From Callorhinchus milii (Eukaryota), in NCBI RefSeq assembly GCF_018977255.1, contig NW_024704747.1, forward strand, positions 25,854,001-25,918,000: DNA of 64,000 nucleotides, written 5' to 3'. Shown here piece after piece: positions 62,131 through 64,000 of the stretch. The notes under the pieces were generated by a model. That model saw only the letters and a program-made list of their open reading frames with translations, was not told the DNA's origin and ran no database searches. A program made the translations under genes and the position numbers. How positions within the stretch are numbered: the first letter of the stretch is position 1; each line of letters opens with the position of its first letter.

Positions 62131-64000
62131 GGCCTGCAAATGCACACCGTACAGAAAACTATGATGGACGTTGACAGTATAAGTGCTATATTACATGCAC
62201 GTATTTTTATTTTATTATTGCATCTGACCATTGGGGGAGAGAATACATTGCTTAAGGTCTACACGTGTGCCTCGTTTGACAATATCACCTTGCGATCACG
62301 GATACCTCACTGTGCCGCGGCCAAAACGACACCGTTGAACCACTAAATCGATGTTATTAAGAAATCAAATGTTAAAAACATAATTATGTCTATCCCTCGG
62401 GAAAAAAAATGGCCCCGAAACGGTGATGTAAATGAATTCGGTAAATATAGATTCGTTTTACTTTGCGTCTTAAAGTGTTAATTTCGGAAGCCTTGGCTGT
62501 TATTGAAATTAATAACTTTGAAGTCATTGTAAAGCCACTACTGGCGTTATAACCAGAGAAAACAGTTGAGGGCGCCAAAGGACAGTTATTTTGAGCAAGT
62601 GCAGTTATAACCTCAATTTCTTTCATCTTTGTTACCCAATACCACTCCTCCAAAAAAAAACATTACCGCAATGTTCCACGATCAATTTACTGTATAACGT
62701 TCGTTTATTTATTTTTTTTGTCCGTTTCAACCACGGATGATATTATTAAAGATACCTCAATTGGTCACCAGAATCTTTTTTTTTTGAAAAAAAGAAAGAC
62801 TTGAGTGGCATCTTGTAACATCCGCGTTTGCAGGATTGTGGAATTTTGTAAATCTGTTACCGAGAAGCATTTTAATTTATGGGCGATGTTGGGAAAATGC
62901 AAGAGGTTTCGCTGATGCGAAATGTTGGAATGTTTGATTGATAACTACAAGACAACCGGTTTGCCAATACTTATGATCAAGCCATTTTTCGCATTAAATT
63001 AGCGTTTCCTTTTGGTCCCAATGATCGCATTTCCTACAACAACAATGTATCGCTGACTATGCTTTGTAAGTCACACTCATTCTTTTATGAGACGACTATA
63101 AAATTAAAATAGTTTCTCCAGCATTTTGCAGAAGTCGTGGTGGTAAAATTAATATCCGGAGCGCGACCCAATATGAACAAAACATATTTATAATTGAGGT
63201 GAAACTTTTAATATCACCTTTAAAGACGTTTTTCTTACACGCAGCTTTATCAGGGGTATTTGTTTTATCAATTCTACTCCGCATAAATCAATTGATATGT
63301 TCTTACAATTTTGTGACCCCCCCCCCCCCATGCATTTCAACATTATTGAAATAGCGAATAGTGTTGGTTATATTTTATCCAAGAACTGAAAATTTCCTAA
63401 CAAAAGTTGCAACTGTATCTACTGGACAATTTATTTCAGATTATGAACTGGGAAGGAAAGACATTGTTTGGGAATCCCTTTATTATTCATTTTTATAATA
63501 AATAATGATCAGCTGTGCTCTAAATCTATCAAACATTATTACTAATACTTGTTGACAATTCACTACTGATAATTTTGTCGCATAAAGGGAATGAATGGCA
63601 ACGGAAACAGTTTTATTAAAATTACATGATAGCCTCTGTCAATGTATATTTAATATTAATTAAGTGTTTTATGTCACATTATTTTAATCATTTTGGACTC
63701 GGTAAGAACTCTTCTGCAAAACCCCATTCAAAAGCCAAATAAAGCTTTAAATTCACATTTCACGCGTTTAGTTGGTTTTTTTTAAAATAAAACAGCTTAC
63801 ACGTTTCGTTTGTGGTTTTCAACTCTTGTTTTGCATTGATTTTGGAAACCCAAAGAACTGCGGCGATGATGACAACAACAGCAAATTCATCATCATTATC
63901 ATCATCGCCATCAACGTCATCATTACTACCACTATTAACAACACCAAGAGTGTAGCTATCCACACAGCTACACTCCATCTCTCAAATCCTCTCTGGGATA

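Noticed and set aside
63760-64000. Start of Evx2 or an acidic-protein ORF
   Set aside because: Only (CAT)n-like low-complexity sequence is present. Evx2 is expected beyond the window.

Overview
Vertebrate genomic DNA holding the posterior part of a HoxD cluster, with all genes on the minus strand in the order (low to high coordinate) Hoxd8, d9, d10, d11, d12, d13 and an intact three-exon Hoxd14. All eight introns were resolved by eye as GT-AG with in-frame joins. An intact Hox14 in the D cluster, no poly-Ala tracts and a shark-type tRNA/Deu-domain SINE point to a cartilaginous fish; the species cannot be fixed from the sequence. No Hox6/Hox7 gene, miR-196 hairpin, miR-10 hairpin or Evx2 is seen. 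The most interesting non-obvious signals are: the split-homeobox third exon of Hoxd14, which the ORF track misses; near-full-length miR-196 and miR-10 complementary sites downstream of Hoxd8 and Hoxd10; paralog-like N-terminal extensions on Hoxd11 and Hoxd13; an orphan Hox-type promoter plus exon in the Hox6/7 gap; an oriented series of CTCF motifs; and recurring DR0 nuclear-receptor motifs. I found no convincing wholly new coding system. The novel candidates are regulatory or evolutionary relics and need comparative checks.
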